Virus record (IMG/VR): IMGVR_UViG_3300037243_000147
Coordinates: 1-55,738 of that record
Direction: 5' to 3' (one strand)
Length of the DNA stretch: 55,738 nt
DNA from: a virus
Taxonomy: Duplodnaviria > Caudoviricetes
Part shown: in pieces, positions 28,576 to 36,892 of the stretch
Numbering within the stretch: the stretch's first letter is position 1
Layout: each line of letters starts with the position of its first letter
Notes under the pieces: generated by a model
Told to the model about the DNA's origin: nothing
What the model saw: only the letters and a program-made list of their open reading frames with translations
Database searches by the model: none
Made by a program: the position numbers and the translations under genes

Positions 28576-28800
28576 ATGGCAGGCGAAAAGAATAAAGAAG
28601 TTGGCAAGCATCCTCCGCTGAAGAGTACCGAAGAGTCGTTCGGTAGCCGCTGTGGAACTATCGCAATTGGCGGAGGCGAATTCATTGCCTTCGGCCATAA
28701 ACCGAATCCTGGTGTCTGGCCGACCAATGTAGTCTCAGTGGATGTCAAGACAGGTTATCCGCGTGACTTCGACAAGGGCAAGAAAGCCCCCAAGGTATAG
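28576..28800 (+). CDS. hypothetical head-module protein
   Basis: GAGGAG SD. Position in the head module. Confidence 0.7.
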   Translation: MAGEKNKEVGKHPPLKSTEESFGSRCGTIAIGGGEFIAFGHKPNPGVWPTNVVSVDVKTGYPRDFDKGKKAPKV

Positions 28801-28806
28801 CTGGCA

Positions 28807-29208
28807 ATGGCCGACAATTCCAGTTCGGGCAGTAAATCGGGCAAGACCAAAGCCCCCAACTTCTACGAAGCAGCCGCGTCAATGCCGGGTGCAGCGGGTG
28901 GTGGGGCAGGCGGTGACAAAGGTGGATCAGCCGCCTCCATGTCCGAGAAGGTCTCCAACGTCCAAGCTCTCCTCGAAGTATTCAAGAAAATGGACAAGTT
29001 GGAAACCGATCCCGATGCCAAGGGGATGATACAGAAGATGAGTGACTTGGCCCAGGAATATATCAACAAGATTCAGAAGCCAGCCACAGGTGCAGCTCCA
29101 GCTACCGGCGCGGGTGCATCACCTCCACCACCGCCAGCAACTCCGGATATGGGAGCAACTCCACCTGCTGTCGGTGGAAGTATGGGTATGGGCGGGGCAG
29201 CGGCTTAA
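28807..29208 (+). CDS. Gly/Pro/Ala-rich head-module protein
   Basis: ORF track. Located between portal and scaffold. Confidence 0.7.
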   Translation: MADNSSSGSKSGKTKAPNFYEAAASMPGAAGGGAGGDKGGSAASMSEKVSNVQALLEVFKKMDKLETDPDAKGMIQKMSDLAQEYINKIQKPATGAAPATGAGASPPPPPATPDMGATPPAVGGSMGMGGAAA

Positions 29209-29237
29209 CTCATAACTAGAGAGAGGGAATAGGGATT

Positions 29238-30026
29238 ATGGCGACAATTCTTGAACAGCTCCGTGAACTAGCCGATGCAGACGGTCAGAAATACATTGAC
29301 TACCTGATCTCCCAGAAACCTGACCTGACTACTCACGCTGTCGAACAGGACGCGATATATTCAATTTACGCCGGGACCACTGTACCTGAAGTAGTAACTC
29401 CAGTGACACCTGTCACACCAGTTACCACTACTCCAGTCACGCCCGTTGCCGCTGCCGCGCCAGTCGCGCACACGCCGACAGTTCCGAACTCTGCTGCTAC
29501 CCCATCCCTCGATGTAGCCAAGCTCCTAGCCGATATGAGCGCCAAAATAGACAAGTCCCTGGCCGACTTAGACTCACGCTACGTGACCGCCGCCAAACTC
29601 CCCGAGTACCGCACCGAGATGACCGGCATAGCTATCAAAGCCGCCGATGACTACGCGACAGTGAGAGAGAATCATCGCGCTGAATTTGGCGAGCCCATCA
29701 ACCGCGATGAGTTCGAGAAATTTGTCACCGACCAGTCTACAGCCGGGGCTAAGTTCAAGAATATGTCTGAAGCCCACGACCGCTACGTAACCGAGAAGAG
29801 AGTGGCGGCACAGATTAAGAAGGGGATAGATGAGGGATTGAAACAGAAAGCCTCAGCTCAGAATGTCCCCGGCCAGACTCAGAGTGTGGCAATGTCCCCG
29901 GCACAACAGGTGATAGCCAAGGCTCGATCCACTAATGAAGGTGAAAGTGGTAGCCACGCGCTCGCCGCTGCACTGCGTCTCGCCGATCTGGTAAGATCAC
30001 GCGAGAACGCAGGGGTGGTGAATTAA
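29238..30026 (+). CDS. putative capsid scaffolding protein
   Basis: Low-complexity T/P/A linker, helical C-terminus, upstream of the major capsid gene. Confidence 0.6.
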   Translation: MATILEQLRELADADGQKYIDYLISQKPDLTTHAVEQDAIYSIYAGTTVPEVVTPVTPVTPVTTTPVTPVAAAAPVAHTPTVPNSAATPSLDVAKLLADMSAKIDKSLADLDSRYVTAAKLPEYRTEMTGIAIKAADDYATVRENHRAEFGEPINRDEFEKFVTDQSTAGAKFKNMSEAHDRYVTEKRVAAQIKKGIDEGLKQKASAQNVPGQTQSVAMSPAQQVIAKARSTNEGESGSHALAAALRLADLVRSRENAGVVN

Positions 30027-30550
30027 TGTCCAAGGCTAAAGTATCACAGGAAGAATTCGAGGAGAAACTAGCTGCCGCATCCGAGATGGATTGGGCACGT
30101 CTAGCCGCCTTCACAGACGGGGAAGGTTCAATTCTCATCGCTAAGGGCAAGAGGGTAGCCAAAGGTTGTGACCATCCGACTTACGTGCTTACCTTGATCG
30201 TCTCTAACACAGATTTGCGACTGATTGATTGGCTTGTACAGACCTTCGGAGGGGCCTCTTACTTCAGTCACGGTATGGCACAGCGTAAGTGGAGTGTCCG
30301 TACCTGTTACTCGTGGCGAATGTTTGACCAACGTGCCGCAACTATCCTAGAGCACTGTCTGCCGGACTTCATCATCAAAGGTCAGCAGGCTAGTACAGGG
30401 GTAGCGTTCCGCAGACTAAAGTGGTGTCGCGGAAACAAGGTTTCAAAAAAGGATTTAGAGGTTAGAGAAAAGTTTCGCAATGAGATGTGCTCTCTGAACG
30501 CGCCCCCATTGGACAAAAATGATCCTTGGGACCCTTCGAGAGTGCAGTAG
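30026..30550 (+). CDS. LAGLIDADG homing endonuclease (single motif)
   Basis: WARLAAFTDGEGSI...VSNTDLRLIDWLVQTFGG...LPDFIIKGQQA. Confidence 0.9.
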   Translation: MSKAKVSQEEFEEKLAAASEMDWARLAAFTDGEGSILIAKGKRVAKGCDHPTYVLTLIVSNTDLRLIDWLVQTFGGASYFSHGMAQRKWSVRTCYSWRMFDQRAATILEHCLPDFIIKGQQASTGVAFRRLKWCRGNKVSKKDLEVREKFRNEMCSLNAPPLDKNDPWDPSRVQ

Positions 30551-30606
30551 TCGAATTCACTGTGCTATGTCGCTGTCAAGGCAACTAGCCGAAACGGAGA
30601 ACTCAC

Positions 30607-31584
30607 GTGGGCTTATTATATTCCGACATCAGCGCGGTGACGACAAATTACATCTCTAACTCCTTTATTGACAACTACTTCCGGATTTCACCTACATTCG
30701 TAAAGGTTTGGAAATCCGGCTCTATGGCCAAACCATTTCCAGGTGGCAACCAAATCCAGGTTCCCTTTCAATACGCACCTCTCAAAGCCGGACCCTTTGC
30801 CCCCGGTGGCACCTTCGACATCTCCTACGTCGAAACCCAGACCGCGATGACCTTCAATGTGAAGTATTACTATGCGAATGTGACGGTACAGGGCACCCAG
30901 CTCCCACTCAACCGTGGCGAAGCTGCCGTAATGAATTTCCTAGAGCCCAAGGTAGTCAACGCCGAACAAGCCTTAGCTCAGTCCATGATTACTGGCTATT
31001 TCGCGGACGGCCAGGGCACGGTAACCCCACTCATAGCCTTGGACGGAATTCTGGCTGGCTATGACGACGGCACCAACTACCCGAGTTACGGCGGGATAAC
31101 TCGATCTGCAATCGGTGTCGGTGCATCCACTGGCATCAACGGATACTTTTTCAATAATGGCGGCGTCAACTGGCCATTCTCACTCCAGCAGCTCCAAGTC
31201 GCATTCGGCCAGGCTACCTTCGGCCCCGACCAGCCTAACTTCATCGCTACCACCCAGTCCCTGTATAACTCGTTCTGGGCGAAGATGTTACCCATGCAAC
31301 GGACCTATGAGATTGACCCTGACTTGCAAGGCGCTGGATTCAGGTCATTCAAGTTCAATGGCATGAGTGTAGTAGTGGATCAGTATTGTCCGGCGGGGAA
31401 TATATTCGGTATGAACACTGACTACATCGATAGCTATGTCAGTGATGATCCGAGGTTCGGATTCGGATTCACCGGGTTCAAGGAGTTGCCAAATTCAGTG
31501 GATATGGCCGGTCAAACTCTATTCGGTGGCAATGTAGTGGTTACCGCTCCCCGGTTGGGATTTGTGATGGCTTTGGCCCAATAG
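30607..31584 (+). CDS. major capsid protein (HK97 fold)
   Basis: 325 aa. GGNQIQVPFQY, LDGI, PNFIATTQSLYN, GFRSFKFNGMSVVVDQYCP patterns. Gene order. Confidence 0.85.
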   Translation: MGLLYSDISAVTTNYISNSFIDNYFRISPTFVKVWKSGSMAKPFPGGNQIQVPFQYAPLKAGPFAPGGTFDISYVETQTAMTFNVKYYYANVTVQGTQLPLNRGEAAVMNFLEPKVVNAEQALAQSMITGYFADGQGTVTPLIALDGILAGYDDGTNYPSYGGITRSAIGVGASTGINGYFFNNGGVNWPFSLQQLQVAFGQATFGPDQPNFIATTQSLYNSFWAKMLPMQRTYEIDPDLQGAGFRSFKFNGMSVVVDQYCPAGNIFGMNTDYIDSYVSDDPRFGFGFTGFKELPNSVDMAGQTLFGGNVVVTAPRLGFVMALAQ

Positions 31585-31611
31585 TTGTAAGTGATTGAAG
31601 GAGAACAAGTT

Positions 31612-32256
31612 ATGGCATTGACTACCGAATTCCCAATGATCTCTTCCAATCTCAAGGTTGGGCTGGGCATGTACGGCACCGCCGACCCCTACAACGCGAC
31701 CCTTCAGAATAACGGCGCTCTCAATCCCCTTGGCGCACTATACTTCGCGCCATCCCCCTCGCAGGGCGCAGGCTCTATCCTGCCCACCACCCCCGGTTAC
31801 GCATCGGGTCTGTGGTGTCGCTATGTAAAATATCTCTCGACCGCCAACCCCGCTACTGTCGTCGGCCCTGCCCCCGTCTATTACACCGACGAAACCTTTA
31901 CCACTGTCTCTGGAGTATTCTCGGAAGGTAATCCCGCCGCCACCGGATCATCGCAGTCTATCGCTGGATGGCTATTACCGAATAGCGGTGTGGTGGCAGG
32001 TGTCGGACTCGGCACTACCCTATTCACCAACACTATCCTCAACAATAACGGACTCGGCTCCTATGTCTGGATCGGACTCCTCGGATTCATCCCCAAGGCA
32101 TTTGTCGGTGTACTCACTCAAGGCACTCTAGTCTCAGGAGTGGCCGGTAATTGGGTAACCGCCGCTGCCGTCGCCACCACCCAGACTGCGGGCAAAATAG
32201 TCGGTGTGACCGCTACCACTGTATCCGATATCGTAGCTCTCATCGACCCGTTCTAA
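31612..32256 (+). CDS. putative capsid decoration/cement protein
   Basis: Follows the MCP. RYVKY...G.YVWI pattern. AAGGAG SD. Confidence 0.55.
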   Translation: MALTTEFPMISSNLKVGLGMYGTADPYNATLQNNGALNPLGALYFAPSPSQGAGSILPTTPGYASGLWCRYVKYLSTANPATVVGPAPVYYTDETFTTVSGVFSEGNPAATGSSQSIAGWLLPNSGVVAGVGLGTTLFTNTILNNNGLGSYVWIGLLGFIPKAFVGVLTQGTLVSGVAGNWVTAAAVATTQTAGKIVGVTATTVSDIVALIDPF

Positions 32257-32287
32257 TCTGACATGAGAAAGGCGAGGTAAATTTGAT

Positions 32288-32653
32288 ATGGCGCTGTTAA
32301 CTCCTTACCCTTCTATGCCAGAGAGTCGAGCCTACTACGGCATCGGCCAGATGTCTGACACTATGCTCATCCAGCCCGGAGTCTCGGACTACACCACTGG
32401 CGGCTACATACTCTCCGCGATCAATCTCCGTATGACGCACATGATCGGGGCGTATGTGGTGGGGTGTAATGCCGCCGCCAACCTCTATAATGTGTTCATT
32501 CTATTTCCGGCCACCTCGTTTGGCGTTGGCCTCGCCCCCACCCCCGCTGTCTCTATTGCGTTCCAGATATTCGTGGAATCCACATCCACAGAGGTAGCAA
32601 ATGGATTCAATCTGACTGGGACGAATTGGCTGTTGGCGGTACACGGATATTGA
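32288..32653 (+). CDS. virion structural protein
   Basis: DYTTGG...EVANGFNLT...AVHGY. GAGGT SD. Confidence 0.6.
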   Translation: MALLTPYPSMPESRAYYGIGQMSDTMLIQPGVSDYTTGGYILSAINLRMTHMIGAYVVGCNAAANLYNVFILFPATSFGVGLAPTPAVSIAFQIFVESTSTEVANGFNLTGTNWLLAVHGY

Positions 32654-32694
32654 TAGCGGATGGAATGCTAAAGGGGGTAGACTAGAATTACTAT

Positions 32695-33723
32695 ATGGCT
32701 ACCCCCAACCAAATCGGTCCTCTTGCCGGCGTCCAGCCATATACCAACTCTCAAAATTTTGGACAGCTTTTGGGAGAACTTAGTTCCTACGTGACGCATT
32801 GCCCAATCCCAGTTTTGCAAAATATATTGAATGACTCTGTTCGTGTCTACTATGATCGGAGGACGTGGCTAGGACTCCTCCAGAAGGGTCAGATCATTTC
32901 ACCGGGGTATTACTCAAAGGGCACAGTACAACTCACTCAAGGCTCACCCACAGTCATTGGCACTAATACTAACTGGACTCTAAATCTCGGCGGCGCTCCG
33001 CTCATAGGTCAATCGCTACGGGTAGGATTCACCTCTCCCATTTACAACGTGATCGCGGCCTCACTCTTGACTAACCCTCAGACTCTTACTCTTGAACTCC
33101 CATGGGGCAATCAGTCCGTCAATTCAACATCTTACTATCTGACTCAGTTCTATTATCCAGTCAGAGGTTGTAAGTTCATATACAGTCTCAAGAACTTACA
33201 ATTGTGTTATCGAATATGGACTAATGTCAGTCAGGCGTTGATCGAAAATTACGATCCATCCCGTTTGCAAATGGCGTTTCCACGCATCTTTGCTCAGACA
33301 CAGCCTACTGCTTCAGGCGATTGGCAGGGGGAACTCTGGCCAGTTCCCAACTACAGCCAGAGCTTCCCAATGTTGTTCTACGCGCAGCCCCCTAATCTCG
33401 TCAACGACAACGACCAGCTCCCCGCCTACACTCGTGCCGACGTTATCAAATCTCTCGCATTATCGGAAGCTCTCCTGTATCACCCCAAGATGAATCCGAA
33501 TTACAGTGAAGGCATGTGTATGACTATCTCCGCACAGAAGCGTAAAGAGTTCGAGGTCGAAGTAGAGCACGCGGCCCAGAATGATGAAGCGCTATTCCGA
33601 AACGATATCGTAACTCAATGGGAGCAGTTTCCGTTGATAGGGTTAGAGGGTGGGAATATGTTGTCAGGCGGGGCCTATAGCGCGGCATGGAGTCCAGTGA
33701 CGGACAGTTGGAGCGATTACTAG
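32695..33723 (+). CDS. head-tail adaptor-like protein with beta insertion
   Basis: Helical N-terminus (ILNDSVR...W), YSKGTVQLTQGSPTVIG insertion, ELWPVPN motif. Confidence 0.6.
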   Translation: MATPNQIGPLAGVQPYTNSQNFGQLLGELSSYVTHCPIPVLQNILNDSVRVYYDRRTWLGLLQKGQIISPGYYSKGTVQLTQGSPTVIGTNTNWTLNLGGAPLIGQSLRVGFTSPIYNVIAASLLTNPQTLTLELPWGNQSVNSTSYYLTQFYYPVRGCKFIYSLKNLQLCYRIWTNVSQALIENYDPSRLQMAFPRIFAQTQPTASGDWQGELWPVPNYSQSFPMLFYAQPPNLVNDNDQLPAYTRADVIKSLALSEALLYHPKMNPNYSEGMCMTISAQKRKEFEVEVEHAAQNDEALFRNDIVTQWEQFPLIGLEGGNMLSGGAYSAAWSPVTDSWSDY

Positions 33724-34404
33724 CTAATCTTCGGGGATGACATTAAGACACGCATACTCGCCGTGGTATTGCAACAGAGCAACATTAACGGCACGAGCGG
33801 CTTCTTTGATGTCATCGAATCCGCCGAGGTATATCCGCTGCCCGTTGTATCTGACAGTCGCAATCCATTTTCCTGATTCATTGTGGCGATAAACGTCTGT
33901 ATATCCCGATGTATTGTTCGACTGAAGGCCGCTATTACAGGAATTCTGGCGATTATTACACACTCTGAGATTGGATTTTTGGTTGTTGAGTGGATTTTTG
34001 TCGATATGATCCACTATTCGCGAATCAGACGGTGTGAGGTTCATAAGGTCTCTGTGCAGGGATGAATTCTCTGTTCTTGAGAATCGTCTTGTTGCGTAGA
34101 ATTTTCCGGTCTTATCGTCTTTGGTGGCAGAGTAGTGATGTTTTGAGGCATGCTCGTATTCACAGGCATCCACAATTGCCAGAATTCCATTAGTCAGTCC
34201 TACTTGCCGACAGGGATTTCCGTTAACAAAAACTGTGTCAGATGTTACTTGAGTACGCTTTCCTTTGTAGCTGCACTCCCTACAGCGTTCCGAGATGATT
34301 CTTTTGCCTTTACCACAGTCGGGGCAGTAGTCGTAATAGTTGTTTTTTATGCGAAAGGTAGTAGAATGTGGCTGTGGCTGTGCAACTTGTTTGCTCAAGG
34401 GCAT
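33724..34404 (-). CDS. Zn-ribbon + HNH + AP2 homing endonuclease
   Basis: CPDCG...CREC; LHRDLM...VDHIDKNPLNNQKSNLR; YLGGFDDIKEAA...HGEYA. Confidence 0.92.
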   Translation of the reverse strand: MPLSKQVAQPQPHSTTFRIKNNYYDYCPDCGKGKRIISERCRECSYKGKRTQVTSDTVFVNGNPCRQVGLTNGILAIVDACEYEHASKHHYSATKDDKTGKFYATRRFSRTENSSLHRDLMNLTPSDSRIVDHIDKNPLNNQKSNLRVCNNRQNSCNSGLQSNNTSGYTDVYRHNESGKWIATVRYNGQRIYLGGFDDIKEAARAVNVALLQYHGEYACLNVIPED

Positions 34405-34441
34405 GACCTCATCTCAGAAATGAGTTGTGCGGCATGGCCAC
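34374..34441 (+). ncRNA. candidate cis-antisense three-way-junction RNA of HNH gene 34404
   Basis: P1 GUGGCUGUGC/GCAUGGCCAC, P2 CUUG/CAAG, P3 GCAUGAC/GUUGUGC with an inner stem. Begins 7 nt after TAGAAT (34362-34367). Confidence 0.65.
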
Positions 34442-34478
34442 ACGTCAGCCATTATAGCACCATTGCGGGGGTAATAGC

Positions 34479-34922
34479 TTGTCGGTCTGCTCTAAATGCG
34501 GTCACGAAGTTTCCCGAACCGTCACCGTATTCAGGTTCGACGGTGACAGGGAATTGTGCCGCGTCTGCCTCCCCTCTCCTCATGTTGACAAGTCCAAGAA
34601 TCTGTTTCAGAACTTTACAATGGACCACGTTAAGGATGAGCGTGGACAAAAGGTGACAGTCAACTCGCTTGCCGAGCTAAGGGCAGCGGAGAAGCGTTAT
34701 AACGTAGCATTAGCGTGCATGAGTGATAGCGACGGCAGTGCAAGCGAGCCGCCACAACACGATCCCCACGCTGGCGATCTGTCGTACTCATACGACAAGA
34801 AATTCAATCGTGACCCTGCCGCTTACTCCCAGTCTGAGATAGACAAAGCTAAGTCTGACGTGGGCGCTGTACAAGACAGGTCACAGACATTAGTGGATCG
34901 CCCAAACCCGTTGAATAGGTAA
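34479..34922 (+). CDS. Zn-ribbon (FmdB-like) phage protein
   Basis: CSKCG...CRVC. Confidence 0.6.
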   Translation: MSVCSKCGHEVSRTVTVFRFDGDRELCRVCLPSPHVDKSKNLFQNFTMDHVKDERGQKVTVNSLAELRAAEKRYNVALACMSDSDGSASEPPQHDPHAGDLSYSYDKKFNRDPAAYSQSEIDKAKSDVGAVQDRSQTLVDRPNPLNR

Positions 34923-34941
34923 CTGAATAGGTAGGTGTGTT

Positions 34942-35073
34942 ATGCCCAGACCCGATGATGACATGATGATGACGCCGAAAGAAACCCGAGCCGAGAAGAA
35001 ACGAATGGGGATGAAGGGTAAGCGTAAAGGTAAGCGTGGCAAGGGCAAACGCAAGGTATCGTCAAGGAGATAA
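34942..35073 (+). CDS. very basic microprotein (43 aa)
   Basis: MPRPDDDMMMTPKETRAEKKRMGMKGKRKGKRGKGKRKVSSRR, AGGTG SD. Not in the ORF track. Confidence 0.7.
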   Translation: MPRPDDDMMMTPKETRAEKKRMGMKGKRKGKRGKGKRKVSSRR

Positions 35074-35078
35074 TAGTC

Positions 35079-35507
35079 ATGGCCAAGCGTAACAATCCGA
35101 ATCCACCAGACCAGTCGAAGGCCGTGTACTCGCGCACTATCTCTATCACTCGTGACGCGGGCACTACTCGCAATGGAGATCAGGTATTCATCCCCACTCA
35201 CAATGTCACCACTCTTGAATCTCACATCCCCACTATATCTCTGCGTACCGATTCCCGCTACGACTGGAAATCCGGCAAGACTACTCAGGTCCCTCAGGAT
35301 GTACTAGAGAAGGCACAGCGCCATATCTCGACTCTGAAATTGAATCATCCGGCCACCTCCGGCTATAGTCAGCGCTATGAACAGGCTGCTATGAAACGTA
35401 ACGGTAATAGCGATAATGACAACGGCTGTTGTCCATCGCCTTGGTATAACCATCCGGGTAGTCCAGTACCGTTGTCGGGCGGCGGCAAGAAAAATCGGGA
35501 TAGGTAA
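35079..35507 (+). CDS. hypothetical protein
   Basis: AAGGAG SD. Late-operon position. Confidence 0.7.
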   Translation: MAKRNNPNPPDQSKAVYSRTISITRDAGTTRNGDQVFIPTHNVTTLESHIPTISLRTDSRYDWKSGKTTQVPQDVLEKAQRHISTLKLNHPATSGYSQRYEQAAMKRNGNSDNDNGCCPSPWYNHPGSPVPLSGGGKKNRDR

Positions 35508-35519
35508 GGGAGATATCCA

Positions 35520-36137
35520 GTGGCATTCTTGACCTTCGCTGCCCTAACAATTCAGAGTGCAACTGTCCCACAACCGTTAACAGGATCGTGGATTAGCGCG
35601 GGCCTCAGCGCACCCACCGACGTTCCCATTACTATTACTCTCGGTACTGCATCTGTAACCGGCAGTGACGCTTCAAATCTGTTCCGTGCGGGTCAGGAGG
35701 CGTGGCTAATCAACGTGGATGGCAGTGGTGCTGAATCCGTAATAGTCGGCGCAGTGTCAGCTAACACTCTCACTCTCAATCCCAAACACCTCTCTACCCG
35801 TGATGCAGCTATATCCCCAGTGACTCAATATCCACATGCTAGTGGCGCGTTCGGGACCGGCACATTTATAGCCCCACACCTCCAAGTCAACTCGGCATTT
35901 GTGCAGGGTATCGGTGGTGCGGGCGGTGCTTACCTCTACATTGGTAATGCATATAACATGACCGCCAACTATAGACTAATCGCTGCCATCTCTAAAGTCG
36001 CATCTGGAGTCCAGCCTTACTTCTGGAACTCAACTGAATCCAGCCCCGGAAATCCCTTTATCTCGTCAGAGCTATGGATACTAGGCGGCGCAGGACTCAC
36101 TACGGATTCGTACAGCCCGAGTTTTAATGTCGCTTGA
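35520..36137 (+). CDS. virion structural protein
   Basis: S/T/G/A-rich beta composition. Late module. Confidence 0.65.
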   Translation: MAFLTFAALTIQSATVPQPLTGSWISAGLSAPTDVPITITLGTASVTGSDASNLFRAGQEAWLINVDGSGAESVIVGAVSANTLTLNPKHLSTRDAAISPVTQYPHASGAFGTGTFIAPHLQVNSAFVQGIGGAGGAYLYIGNAYNMTANYRLIAAISKVASGVQPYFWNSTESSPGNPFISSELWILGGAGLTTDSYSPSFNVA

Positions 36138-36141
36138 TTTG

Positions 36142-36831
36142 CTATTCGGCTCTTGAGAACTCTCCGTGGTATTTCAGTAACTCACGGCATCGGACTTGAT
36201 AGGCTTCTAGGGGTGTTGCAAAAGCTCCGAGCCAGATGTTTTTACCATTCACGTAAATCGTTGTCTCCCACGGTTTTTTTACGCCGGGACCATAGGAACT
36301 AATATGGCGCACGCCCTTGTATCCAGAGGTGCTATCTTTTCTGATGCGCCTGTTATGAGCGTTTTGTACAGACGTGGCAATTCTGAGATTTTCTCTCGTG
36401 TTGTTAAGTGTCTGCTCGCACTTGATGTGGTCCCCTACACGTTTATCTCCGGGTTCGAGTCCGAGAATAGCGCGGTGCATCTTGATATTTACTGCCTTTC
36501 CGCTGGTATAGTCCGTGCGGGTAGCATAGAAGCTGCCCATAGTCTTATTCCAAGTTGCAGACCATTTCCACTGTATTAGCCACTCGTAATCGCCTACACT
36601 AACGATTGTGAATTGACCTTTTGTAAGAGGGATATAGCGAATCTCGGGGTTATCAGGCTGCTGGATATAGGGTCGGTATCTGCTCTGGCATGATCTACAC
36701 AGAGCGCTTCTCTTGAATTTCAACTCTCCGCAGTTCGGGCAAAGATTATAATGCCCCGGCCATTTAGCTGCTGATTCCTTGATTGTAGGGTAAGATGTTA
36801 CAGGGCGGGTTTTCAGGTCACTCTGATTCAT
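36142..36831 (-). CDS. Zn-ribbon + HNH + AP2 homing endonuclease
   Basis: CPNCG...CRSC; IPLTKG; MHRAILG...GDHIK...LNNTRENLR; WLGAFAT...HGEF. Confidence 0.92.
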   Translation of the reverse strand: MNQSDLKTRPVTSYPTIKESAAKWPGHYNLCPNCGELKFKRSALCRSCQSRYRPYIQQPDNPEIRYIPLTKGQFTIVSVGDYEWLIQWKWSATWNKTMGSFYATRTDYTSGKAVNIKMHRAILGLEPGDKRVGDHIKCEQTLNNTRENLRIATSVQNAHNRRIRKDSTSGYKGVRHISSYGPGVKKPWETTIYVNGKNIWLGAFATPLEAYQVRCRELLKYHGEFSRAE

Positions 36832-36865
36832 GTTTCGTCCCCTCCACGGGACGTACAGCTCGCTT
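36803..36865 (+). ncRNA. candidate cis-antisense three-way-junction RNA of HNH gene 36831
   Basis: P1 GGGCGGGUU/AGCUCGCUU (four G-U pairs), P2 UCAG/CUGA, P3 CGUCCC-CUCCAC-GGGACG. Begins 7 nt after TAAGAT (36791-36796). Confidence 0.6.
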
Positions 36866-36892
36866 GCATTATAACACGCGGGGAGTGGAGAC

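Noticed and set aside
30026-30606. Group I intron or intein around the LAGLIDADG gene
   Set aside because: The scaffold and capsid ORFs appear complete, the endonuclease has its own start and stop, and the 56-bp gap is too short for an intron core.
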